Assembly (NCBI RefSeq): GCF_006345805.1
Contig: NC_043023.1
Location: 3,968,001 to 4,032,000 of the forward strand
Source: Octopus sinensis
Lineage: Eukaryota
Length of the DNA stretch: 64,000 nucleotides
Reading direction: 5' to 3'
The notes under the pieces are model-generated. The model was not told where the DNA came from and did no database searches. It worked only from the letters and a program-made list of their open reading frames with translations. The position numbers and the translations under genes are program-made. Numbering within the stretch: position 1 is the stretch's first letter; each line of letters starts with the position of its first letter. Of this stretch, positions 25,221 through 37,059 are shown one piece after another.

Positions 25221-25438
25221 ATGTGTGTGTGTGTGTATATATGTGTGTGTGTGTGTGTATATATATGTGTGTGTGTATATATATGTGTGTGTGTGTATAT
25301 GTGTGTGTATATATATATATGTGTGTGTGTGTGTATGTGTGTGTGGTGTATTATAGCACTGTGAAATAAAGTCTTGCTCAAGGACACATGGTGTCACCAG
25401 GAATTAAACACGTGCCTTCCATATCTCTCTCTCTCTCT

Positions 25439-25507
<69 letters not shown>

Positions 25508-25511
25508 CGAG

Positions 25512-25580
25512 AGAGAGGCACAGTGGGAGCATGCTGGCCCATAACCCAGAGGTTGCGTAGATTGAAACTACGCTCTGCTA
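25512..25580 (+). pseudogene. Initiator tRNA-Met (CAT) pseudogene
   Basis: GGCACAGTGGGAGCATGCTGG-CCCATAA-CCCAGAGGTTG-CGTAG-ATTGAAA-CTACG-CTCTGCTA; anticodon CAT at 25540-25542; one G of the anticodon stem and the 5' acceptor end are lost. Confidence 0.8.
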
Positions 25581-25608
25581 ACATGTTTTATATATATATA
25601 CACACACA

Positions 25609-26010
25609 TTCTTTTGTTTCAGTCATTTGACTGTGGCCATGCTGGAGCACCGCCTTTAGTCGAGCAAATCGACCCCAGGACTTATTCTTTGTAAGCTTAG
25701 TACTTATTCTATTGGTCTCTTTTGCCGAACCACTAAGTGATGGGGACATAAACACATCAGCATCGGTTGTCAAGCAATGTTGGGAGGACAAACACAGACA
25801 CACAAACATAAACACACATACATATATATATATATATATACATATATACGATAGGCTTCTTTCAGTTTCCGTCTACCAAATCCACTCACAAGGCTTTGGT
25901 CGGCCCGAAGCTATAGTAGAAAACACTTGCCCAAGGTGCGACACAATGGTACTGAACCCAGAACCATGTGGTTGGTAAACAAGCTACTTACCACACAGCC
26001 ACTCCTGCAC
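25609..26010 (-). mobile_element. Full-length family-A SINE
   Basis: Same head, CORE, linker and tail as 7256-7673. Confidence 0.85.
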
Positions 26011-26259
26011 TTTAAAAGGAAAGTGAAAGTAGAGAAAAAATTTTTTTATGTTCTGAGTTCAAGTCCTGTCAAGGTCAACTTTGACCTCAGTGGGATTCAA
26101 ACGTGGATCATAAAAAACAGGAATAAAAATCACAGAATAACTTTTCTGATGCTCTACCGATCCTGCCATTCCACCGTTCTTGCATTCTTAACATAAGCAC
26201 ATGTTAGCAAAATTTGTGAATGGAATTTGTAGTTTTGTGGCACATAAGAAAACCATCTG

Positions 26260-26678
26260 AATGTGGCCGTGGCCAGTACCGTATCGACTGGCCTCCGTGC
26301 TGGTGGCACGTAACAAACACCATCCGATCGTGGCCATTCGCCAGCCTCGTCTGGCACCTGTGTCGGTGGCACATAAAAAACACCATCCGAGCGTGGCCGT
26401 TCGCCAGCCTCGTCTGGCACCTGTGTCGGTGGCACATAAAAAACACCATCCTAGCGTGGCCGTTCACTAGCCTCGTCTGGCACCTGTGTCGGTGGCACAT
26501 AAAAAGCACCCACTACACTCACGGAGTGGTTGGCGTTAGGAAGGGCATCCAGCCGTAGAAACATTGCCAGATCAAACTGGGCCTGGTGCAGCCTCCTGGT
26601 TTCCCAGACCCCAGTTGAACCGTCCAACCCATGCTAGCATGGAAAGCGGACGCTAAACGATGATGATGATGATGATGA
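26260..26678 (+). mobile_element. RTE 3' UTR copy with about three 61-62-bp tandem subrepeats
   Basis: Unit AAAAACACCATCCGAGCGTGGCCGTTCGCCAGCCTCGTCTGGCACCTGTGTCGGTGGCACAT; (GAT)n tail. Confidence 0.85.
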
Positions 26679-27280
26679 CTTTCTAGCTGATGAAATTAAC
26701 CCTGAATGTGTAGTTAGTATTCATTTATTATTTTCTCTTCTTGGTGATGTGATTCTGTGGCCTTCATTACACTCTCTTGTTTTATTATTTATTTCAAGGA
26801 GGGCTCCAGGATGCTTTTACATTGGTAAACTCAGGTATGTTCAAGCACCTGTAGTATTAATCTAGGACTGTACACCTGTAATATACCTATTACACCTGAT
26901 ACCCCACTCAGCATTTCTAGTCACTGATATTCTGCATTATCATGTTCCATATATTGTAGTCCACCACTCCATACTACGTCCTCACTACAACACCACATGC
27001 CCTTGTTAATTACCACACTAGACCACCATTGCTACATGTGTTTTCACTATCGTACATCATCACCACATGACCACCACATAATATGGACTCATTTACCTGA
27101 GTACTCTACCACAGCACATACCCTCACTACCTTATTAAGCCACCACACCACAATCTCATTAGTCACTACACTGTTATTTCTAGTGTATGTATATATATAT
27201 ATATAACCGTGACCGCGTGTGTACCGTTGTCGATTTTCTTTTCCTCCGTCTTCCCTTCTTTGGATCTTTCCTTTACCTAT

Positions 27281-27315
27281 GTTTCTGACGAAGAGCTCTG
27301 CTCGAAACGTTAAAT
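27281..27315 (+). ncRNA. Penelope-type minimal type-I hammerhead ribozyme motif, intact core
   Basis: GTTT-CTGACGA-A-GAGC-TCT-GCTC-GAAA-CGTT-AAAT: CUGANGA core, 4-bp stem II, GAAA, palindromic AACGTT stem III, GUU site, stem I GUUU/AAAU. Confidence 0.7.
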
Positions 27316-27415
27316 CTACCTTCTTTCCTTTCCTGAGCGTCCAATAACACTATACTTGTTCCACTCCTCGCGTTGTTGTGTTTTCTCTTTGTGTTTTCAT
27401 GTTTAGATTAACTAC

Positions 27416-27457
<42 letters not shown>

Positions 27458-27497
27458 TATTTATTTAGAGAAAGATTTTTTCAAAAGTTAAAATTAA

Positions 27498-28984
27498 CCC
27501 TTTCATTTCTGTATTTATTTTGAGATGCTCTGTGTTTCTTTCAATTACTTTAACCCTTTCGTTACTATATTTCTGACCAAAATACACCCCTTATGTGTTT
27601 CAATTAATTTTTAACGTAATCATAAATTTAGTCTGGTTTCATTAAACAACAATAACTTTTTTATTTATCAATATATTAACGTGAATTTTGGAAGATAATT
27701 TAATGAAATGTTCTCAACCAATTCTATACTATAATTTTTGTCACAAAGTGACTCTAATTGCAGGTAGATACAGGTAAATTCAACAAAATATGAAGTTATT
27801 AAAATTTTGTTCAAACATCGCTATAGAAAATGGGTTATTAGCTAATATTCAATTGGGTATACAACAAAATTTTACGATAGAATTTGGTATTCTGGGTAAC
27901 TTTCTGATACTCATAATAATATTTATGGCAAAATAGGCCTTAATTTCATTTAAGGTTGTGGGAAACAACAAACTATCCTTTCTTTTGCTATGTTTACATT
28001 TAGCATAACGGTTCGTTTCCGCCGTAATTTTCTGATACCCATAATAATATTTATGGGTAACTTTCTGATACCCATAATAATATTTATGGGTAACTTTCTG
28101 ATACTCATAATAATATTTATGGCAAAATAGGCCTTAATTTCATTTAAGGTTGTGGGAAACAACAAACTATCCTTTCTTTCGCTTTATTTACATTTAGCGT
28201 AACAGTTCGTTTTCGCCGTAATGATTTCAAATAGGCTCATTTGAAAAAGTAAAAAGAAATAGTCTAAGGCTTTACTCTTCTGGGAAAGTCTGTGGCTTGG
28301 TCCAGTTTCTTCGAAAAATCACCGAAAGAAACAGTTTTTAAATTTTCACACTCCATTCAGGTGCCATTCATTTTCTTTATCGCTGTTGGAGTTCTCGGAT
28401 TCACTGTTTTCACTTTCGGAAAATGAAACATCAGATTCATTATCAAATACCACATGCTTTTTTTTTTCAGTCATAGAGTTAGATTTATGAAGGTCTTCAG
28501 TAGAAAAACCTTCGAATTCTGACTCGCTGCTTGATATAATGAAATTTGTATCCATTTTTGTCAGAATTACAAATTTTGAAAACACAATAGGAACAAATTT
28601 CGGAAAAAAATCTCCAAAATTCACGGAATTAAAATTACACTTCGATTATGTACAAAAACTGTAGTTGAACTGTTTACGAAGTATAATACGTGTTTTCACG
28701 AATGTACTAAAGAGATTGCTCTGATATTTTCATTTAAATATGAATAGGTAAATTTGGGCGGTTTGGTCGCATTAACCAAAATTTTTTTCAGCCGGCTTTG
28801 GGCGGTTTGGTATCGAAAGGGTTAAATATAACAAAGAATTTAGTAAAATAACTTATTTATCATTCAGCTAGTGTTAGTAACATAAATTGTGACTAAGGTT
28901 TGGAGGAAGATTTTAATTCAAAACTTATGAAAACAAGACATTTGTACTCAGAGCCAGAGGCGGTTTCGGTCGGATTTTCAGAGG
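27498..28984. mobile_element. TTAA-flanked piggyBac-type MITE (host of the nested element below)
   Basis: TTAA|CCCTTTC at 27494-27504 and degenerate AGAGG|TTAA at 28980-28988; about 220 bp once the insert is removed. Confidence 0.6.
27554..28821 (-). mobile_element. Internally deleted piggyBac transposon
   Basis: TTAA TSDs (27550-53, 28822-25); termini CCCTTTCG/CGAAAGGG; acidic N-terminus MDTNFIISSSESEFEGF (ATG 28555) and piggyBac motif TTLNEIKAYFAINIIMGIRKLP. Confidence 0.85.
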
Positions 28985-28988
28985 TTAA

Positions 28989-29107
28989 AATGGTACTAAC
29001 CTTTAAGAAGGAATTTCCTCAAATTGTGTGTAGGCTTTAATAAATATGCACATATATTAAAGCCTACACACATTTTGTGAAATTCCTTCTTAAAGGTTAG
29101 TACCATT
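28989..29107. repeat. Foldback element (about 54-bp arms)
   Basis: AATGGTACTAACCTTTAAGAAGGAATTTC...GTGTGTAGGCTTTAATA mirrored across an ~11-nt loop. Confidence 0.9.
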
Positions 29108-29877
29108 ATATTTCTTAAAAAGGTTTTTTATCTTTTTGAAAAAAATCTTTCTCTAAATATTATAAGTGTATCAAGTAATTTCATAAATTCTCCACTCACA
29201 CATACAAGCACACAAATTGTATTTCGGGACAGTAATTTTTTTTTTTACTGTTCTTTTTCAACTCAGGTCCAAAGGAGTTGAAATCATCATCATCATCATT
29301 TAGTGTCCGCATTTCCATGCTAGCATGGGTTGGACGGTTCAACTGGGGTCTGGGAAGCCAGAAGGCTGCACCAGGCCCAGTCTGATCTGGCAGTGTTTTT
29401 ATGGCTGGATGCCTTTCCTAACGCCAACCACTCCGTGAGTGTAGTGGGTGCTTTTTATGTGCCAGACGGAGCTGGCAAACGGCCATGAACAGATGGTGCT
29501 ACGTGCCAGGTGAGGCTGGCAACAGACACGAATGGATGGTGCTTTTACGTAACAAATGAGTGAAGAACGAATATATATAATGCATGTGTTTGTTTGGCAA
29601 AAAAAAAAGGAAAAATTACCATCCCAAAATACAATATCTGTGTCAACACAGTTTCACATCAGGAATCGTCCAACACAAATTCACCATATATATAATTATT
29701 TGCAGGATCCAATTGAATCAAGGTATTTTAATAACGAGGACACTAAGTTAGGTTCAAGGATAGCATATCCATGTATCAACAATGTATATATATATACACA
29801 CACACATACATACATACATATATATACATATATATAAATACATATATTTATATATATATATACACATACATACATAC

Positions 29878-29915
<38 letters not shown>

Positions 29916-29976
29916 ATACATATATATATACATATATATATATATACATATATATATACATACATACATATATACA

Positions 29977-30359
29977 CTAGCAGTATCGCCCGGCGTTGCT
30001 CGGGTTTGTAAGGGAAATAACTATATAAGCATTTTTAGAGAGAAATAGCAAAAAAATGCATTAAAAATTGAAAAAAAATTAAGGTAAATTTTTTTTAAAT
30101 CGTTGACACATCGTAGATATTTTTAGAGAGTTACTTCCCTTATATAAAAGCGAAAAAATGCATTAAAATGGAAAAATATGATGGTAAATTTTTTTAAAAT
30201 CGTAGACTCATCGTAGACGCACGCTAATACCCAGAAGGGCTCGATATGAATCACGACTATAAGATACCTGCTTTTGGTTAAACTGCACCGCAAAATGTGG
30301 GAGTAGTTAGGAATCTAAATCGTAGGAGACAGACACACAACTTCACTCTTATATAAAGA
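29977..30359 (-). mobile_element. Non-autonomous Helitron (same family as 59890-60276)
   Basis: Minus strand starts TC; ends CCCGAGCAACGCCGGG hairpin plus CTAG(T). Confidence 0.85.
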
Positions 30360-30676
30360 TGCTTTTTTTTTTTCAGTCATAGAGTTAGATTTATGAAGGT
30401 CTTCAGTAGAAAATCCTTCGAATTCTGACTCGCTGCTTGATATAATGAAATTTGTATCCATTTTTTGTCAGAATTACAAATTTTGAAAACACAATAGGAA
30501 CAAATTTCGGAAAAAAATCTCCCATAATTCACGGAATTAAAATTACACTTCGATTTTTGTACAAAACTGTAGTTGAACTGTTTACGAAGTATAATACGTG
30601 TTTTCACGAATGTACTAAAGAGATTTGCTCTGATATTCTCATTTAAATATGAATAGGTAAATTCGGGCGGCTTGGT
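30360..30676 (-). mobile_element. Second copy of the piggyBac 5' region (matches 28455-28767)
   Basis: Near-identical sequence including the MDTNFIISSSESEFEGF-coding segment. Confidence 0.85.
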
Positions 30677-31561
30677 AACTATATATAAGTGTCGTCTGTT
30701 TATACATAAACACTGTTTCATACTGCAATTATATATACATATATCTATATATAATATTATATAATAAAATATATACAGAGTAAAATAAAAACCAATTTAC
30801 CTTTTCTGTCCGTCCGTGTGTCTTTGCAAATGTGTTGGAATGATAAGTGAGTTGAGTTTTGGCGCCTTTTTTACTAATAACAAACACACACGTGTTTGTA
30901 TGTAGTTGTATGTGTATGTAGTTGTATATGTATGTGTATGCGTGTGTGTGAGGAATGACACACACACACTCACGCACGCACACATGTACATCAATGCTTT
31001 CGGAGTGATATGTTAAAATATTGAGTTTTCTTGAATTTTGTCTTAATTGGTGGTAAAATTGAAAGAAATTTTTTATGGCATCACCCACTGAAGTACTCTG
31101 AAAAATCTTAGGTAAATTCTAATTGAAGAAATTGTGTGAGGAGTAAATGGTTATGTATTTATTTGTTTCTGTTTGCTGTGTTTTTTTATTTTTTGAGTAG
31201 TGGTTTAAATACTTTCAGTTTAGTCTTCCTCAAATCACTCTGTCGCTATTTACTTTCATTTTATTCGTTGCACACTGTGTGTGTGCGTTTGCGTGTGGTG
31301 TAAACCAGACTAAGAAAAGCATTTGACACACACACCAGAATGTGAGTTTTCTGTAAATTTTGCTTAACTGGAGTTTAAATTTTAAAAACTGGACCTGGCA
31401 TGACGCGATGCATTGTACTCTTAAAAATGGTAGGTAAATTGTAATTGAAGAAATCCTATATTGTAGATTTCTATAACTCCCAAAGGGAGGCAGATAAAAT
31501 CTGCCTTTTATAATAAGAGATACATAATTATATACATATATATACATATATACATACATAC

Positions 31562-31594
<33 letters not shown>

Positions 31595-31611
31595 CATACA
31601 TACATATATAC

Positions 31612-31644
<33 letters not shown>

Positions 31645-31920
31645 CATACGTATATATACATATGTATACATACACATATATACATACACATATATACATA
31701 CGTATATATATATACACACATATATATACACATATATACATACGTATATATAATATATATATATATATAGACATATATATATACACATATATATACATAT
31801 ATATATATGCATACACATACATACACATACGTATATACACATATATATATACACATATATATATACATATATATATATGCATACACATACATACACATAC
31901 GTATATACATATATATATAT

Positions 31921-32307
31921 ATCTGGCACCTGTGTCGGTGGCACATAAAAACACCATCCGAGCGTGGCCGTTCGCCAGCTTCGTCTGGCACCTGTGTCGG
32001 TGGCACATAAACACATCCGAGCGTGGCCGTTCGCCAGCTTCGTCTGGCACCTGTGTCGGTGGTGGCACATAAAAACACCATCCGAGCGTGGCCGTTCGCC
32101 AGCCTCGTCTGGCACCTGTGTCGGTGGCACATAAAATCACCCACTACACTCTCGGAGTGGTTGGCGTTAGGAAGGGCATCCAGCTGTAGAAACACTGCCA
32201 GATCTGACTGGCCTGGTGCAGCCTTCGGGCTCCCCAGACCCCAGTTGAACCGTCCAACCCATGCTAGCATGGAAAGCGGACGTTAAATGATGATGATGAT
32301 GATGATG
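31921..32307 (+). mobile_element. RTE 3' UTR copy between (TA)/(TACA) arrays
   Basis: Three ~60-bp subrepeats plus (GAT)n; shares diagnostic variants with 61600-61858. Confidence 0.85.
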
Positions 32308-32338
<31 letters not shown>

Positions 32339-32382
32339 CATACATATATATATACATACATATACATACATACATATATAAT

Positions 32383-32449
<67 letters not shown>

Positions 32450-32454
32450 ACAGA

Positions 32455-33006
32455 CATGCAGGAAGTAAATAGACACCTTTAATTTTCAAAATCTTTTATT
32501 TGATATTAATTGGTTGAAGGAGAGGTTTTCTTGAAGCTTCTCATCCATAATACCCAAGCTTATGCAGATATGTAACATATGTTCTTGGACTAACTTCTAG
32601 CTGTTTTGCAATGTCAGAAGCCTTCCAATGGGGTTCATTTCCCACAATTCTCTTCAAACAGCAAAGCTTCCTTTCCAAGGGCCCAGGTTAGCCAGGATGA
32701 GAATCTGTTGATTCCTTACCTTGGCTTTTGAATTGCACTATAATTCTATTAACAGTAGCAAGAGGAATTTGAAGATTTTCGGCAATTTTTCTCTGGCTAA
32801 GACCAGCCTCAGATTGCCCAACAATACGACCTCTTTGAAAATCTGGCAGTTCTGCTGAATTTTTTGTGCATGGCATGGCATGTTTAATATAATGGCGCCT
32901 GGAATGAAAAAGAATAATTACATTGTAAATTCTACACCGCTGAAAACATTAAGACTTTTAGATAAGAAATTTTGAAAATTAAAGGTGTCTATTTACTTCC
33001 TGCATG
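32455..33006 (-). mobile_element. Internally deleted Tc1-like transposon retaining only the DNA-binding N-terminus
   Basis: About 38-bp TIRs CATGCAGGAAGTAAATAGACACCTTTAATTTTCAAAAT; [25 protein letters not shown], then WKASDIAKQLEVSPRT...LHKLGYYG; no DDE domain. Confidence 0.85.
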
Positions 33007-33022
33007 TGTGCGCGTGTGTGTG

Positions 33023-33056
<34 letters not shown>

Positions 33057-33244
33057 GTGGAGGCACAATGGCCCAGTGGTTAGGGCAGCGGATTTGCGGT
33101 CAGAGGATTGCAATTTCGATTCTCAGACCAGGTGTTGTGTGTTAATTGAGCGAAAACACCTATATATATATATATATATATAACACCATATATATATGCA
33201 TAAATGTAATTGTTTTGCCATATAAATTGCACTACCATATATGA

Positions 33245-33325
33245 GGCTCTGATGAAGCTTTAAGATGTTACTCAGGCACTCAACTATGAGACCACTGCAT
33301 CATGCAGCAGAAACATCTGTAAGCT
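33245..33325 (+). ncRNA. Penelope-type hammerhead-like motif with long stem II insert
   Basis: GGCT-CTGATGA-AGC...GC-A-GAAAC-ATCT-GTA-AGCT; stem III palindrome ACAGCTGT has one mismatch. Confidence 0.45.
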
Positions 33326-33674
33326 AGTGAAGTTCAAAAATTATTATCTGTTCCTTTGTCATCTAGTTTTCTTATTACTGCTCAGTACTCGACAAATGCT
33401 TCATTTTATATATTGAGTTCTACACCAGGTTATTAGTTTTGCAGTACCAAAGCAAAATATCTATACAAATGTGTGTGTTTGTGTATGTCCTTGTCTTGAC
33501 ATCATGTGATAGTTCTAGATGTGTATCACCATCATACAAACTCTCTTTAACTTTTCTGCTATGTCCTTTATCCCTATGTCTTCCTCTCTAACTCACCCTC
33601 TGTCTTCTGTCACTCCCACTCTTACTGTGTTTCTCTAATTCTTTCTCCTCCCCCTCTGTCTATGTAGCTATTTT

Positions 33675-33759
33675 TGTCTATCTATCTACCTTTTTATCTA
33701 TCTAGCTGTTTTTGTCTGTCTACCTATCTATCTACCTATCTATCTATCTATCTATCTAC

Positions 33760-33798
<39 letters not shown>

Positions 33799-33938
33799 CC
33801 TATCTACCTATCTACCTACTTATCTGTCTATCTGTCTGCCTATCTATCTACCTGTCTATCCATCTATCTGCCTATATATCTATCTATCTTCCTATCTGTC
33901 TTTCTATGTCTATCTGTCTAACAATCTATCTATGTCTG

Positions 33939-33979
<41 letters not shown>

Positions 33980-33995
33980 GTCTATATATCTAACA

Positions 33996-34056
<61 letters not shown>

Positions 34057-34199
34057 ACAATCTATCTATCTATCTATGTCTGTCTATCTAACAATCTATC
34101 TATCTATCTATCTATGTCTATCTATCTAACAATCTATCTATCTATCTATCTATCTATGTCTATCTATCTAACAATCTATCTATCTATCTATCTATCTAC

Positions 34200-34234
<35 letters not shown>

Positions 34235-34259
34235 CCTACCTACCTACCTACCTACCTAC

Positions 34260-34326
<67 letters not shown>

Positions 34327-34473
34327 ACAATCTATCTATCTATCTATGTCTGTCTATCTAACAATCTATCTATCTATCTATCTATGTCTATCTATCTAAC
34401 AATCTATCTATCTATCTATCTATCTATGTCTATCTATCTAACAATCTATCTATCTATCTATCTATCTATCTAC

Positions 34474-34512
<39 letters not shown>

Positions 34513-34537
34513 CCTACCTACCTACCTACCTACCTAC

Positions 34538-34597
<60 letters not shown>

Positions 34598-34610
34598 GTC
34601 TATCTGTCTA
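33675..34610. repeat. (TATC)n / GATA-type tetranucleotide array, about 940 bp
   Basis: Direct inspection; periodic TAACAATC interruptions. Confidence 0.95.
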
Positions 34611-34741
34611 TACACTTGTTTGTCTCTCTCTTCCTCTCCTCTAACACACTTGTCTTCCACTTTCTCTCTTTTTCTCTCTACCTCCCTCTCTCTCTCTTTC
34701 ATCACCATTTTAACTCTCTTTCTCTCTCTCTCTCTTCTCCT

Positions 34742-34778
34742 CACTAACCATTTCTTTCTCTCTCTTTTACACCCACAG
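34742..34778 (+). promoter_or_regulatory. Branch point (CACTAAC), polypyrimidine tract and 3' splice site of the SCOC exon
   Basis: Branch A at 34747, pyrimidine tract, CAG ending at 34778; tandem NAGNAG acceptors at 34781 and 34784. Confidence 0.75.
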
Positions 34779-35100
34779 CAGCAGCCATAGTTTAGCTCCA
34801 GACATGAACCGGGACGAAGAGGAGGAAAAACACCGACTGATCTCGCAGGTACTGGAATTGCAGAACACCTTGGATGACTTATCCACCCGGGTGGATTCAG
34901 TGAAGGAGGAAAACCTAAAGTTGAAATCCGAGAACCAGGTTTTGGGCCAATACATCGAAAACCTGATGTCCGCAAGCAGTGTCTTCCAGTCAACTTCTCC
35001 GGCAAAGGCCAAGAAGAAGCCAGCCAGTGGCAGCAACGTAGCAGTGGGCGGAGGAATGGGAGGAGGAGGTGTGACTGATGTGTTAGCTGCGGAGAAGTAG
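34779..35100 (+). CDS. SCOC: Short coiled-coil protein (SCOC / UNC-69 family), terminal coding exon; internal ATG at 34804
   Basis: [58 protein letters not shown] matches the conserved SCOC coiled coil. The frame stays open upstream of the ATG (SSHSLAPD) back to the acceptor; TAG at 35098-35100. Confidence 0.95.
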
Positions 35101-35875
35101 GATGGGTGCTGTTTCACACCGCCCCATGGTCTGCACTTGACGTAATGGGTGGTGCCTGCTGGCCACGCCTCCCTCCTTGCTGCGCCCCTACTTAACTTAC
35201 TTTACTTTACTGCCTCTACCCTCCACCACTCCCCCCTTTGACAAGACATCATGTCGTGTCCCCGCCCATCCCCCTTGCCTGCTAAATCAACCAGCCAATT
35301 GTAAGAGGGGGGAGAGAGTGAAAGGAAGAGAGAGAGGGGAGAGATACAGGGAGGGTTTTTTTCTCTCTCACCTTTTAGTGAAATGAGGGTAGGAGGAGTG
35401 GCCTGTGCATTTAACTCCGCCCACCACCTCACACTACTACCACAAAACCACTCCCTACTTCTCTCCCTCCCTCTCTCATTCATTCCCACCGAATTTTACG
35501 CTATGCATGTATGTAAGCGTGTGCATGTATGTATGTATGTGTGTGTTGTGTGTGTGTGTGTATATATATATATACACACACACACACAGGTTTTAGTATG
35601 TTTGTGTGCTTATCTGTCTGTCTGTGTGTGGATGTTTGTGTGTGGATGCTTACAGGTGCTTGTATATGTATGTATGTGTGTATATATCCATGTGTGTGTG
35701 TGTGTGTGTGTGTTTCTTTTCCAAGAGTTGTCCCATATGTAAGGCAGCTTTATAAACATATATACGATGCAAAATGCTGCCTTCCCTGTGGGACACCAAG
35801 TGTGTCTGCCTCGCCCCCCCCTTCTCCCACTTACATCAGCTTACAGGTTCTGCTTGTATGTGTGTATATGTATGC

Positions 35876-35907
<32 letters not shown>

Positions 35908-36238
35908 ATGTATGTATCTATGTGCCCTGGGTGTGTGTATATTTGAGTGTTTATGTATACGTGTATAACTGATAGAATAGGTACCAGGTTTTTTTAAAAA
36001 AAGTCCTGGGGTTGATTCGTTTGACTAAAACCCTCCAAGGTGGTGCCCCAGCATGGCCGCAGTCCAGTGACTGAAACAAGTAAAGCTTGCATATGCATTT
36101 CTAAGTGTGTATGTATCTGTGTGTGTGTGTGTGTATGTTTGAGTATGTGTGTATGTTCACCAATATGGGCATAACTTTATGGCTGGATTCAGTAAAAGTG
36201 TGTGTGCATATATATATATATATGTACATGTATGTATG

Positions 36239-36364
<126 letters not shown>

Positions 36365-36847
36365 GTATGTATATGTATGTACGTGTTTATATATATGTAT
36401 GTGTATATATGTATATATGTGTATGTATGTGTAACCGTCCAACCCATGCTAGCATGGAAAACGGACGCTAAACGATGATGATGATGTATATGTGTATAAT
36501 GTATGTATATATGTGTATATATATATGTATATATGTGTATATGTATATATATCTGTGTATATATATGTATGTATATGTGTATATATGTATGTATATATGT
36601 ATGTATATGTGTATATATATGTATGTATATATGTATGTATATGTGTATATATGTATGTATATATGTATGTGTATATATGTATGCGTATATATGTATGTGT
36701 ATATATGTATGTGTATATATGTATGTATATATGTGTATATATGTATGTGGATATATATACATATCTATATGTATGTGTATATATATTTGTGTGTGTGTGT
36801 GTGTGTGTGCTAGTTTGGTTACTGTATACTCAAATTCATTTATATAA

Positions 36848-36879
<32 letters not shown>

Positions 36880-37059
36880 ACGCATACACACACTCACACA
36901 TCTGCCTCGTTAATTTATTTGAAAAAAAAAAAACAAAATCTATTTAAACTAATTAAAGTTTTTTTTCTTTTCATGTCACAAAATTTTTATTTAAAATCGT
37001 TTTGTTACTGATGCGAAAGCGAAAATGGACGACTTTTCCTTGGCCCTCCACCCTGATGT

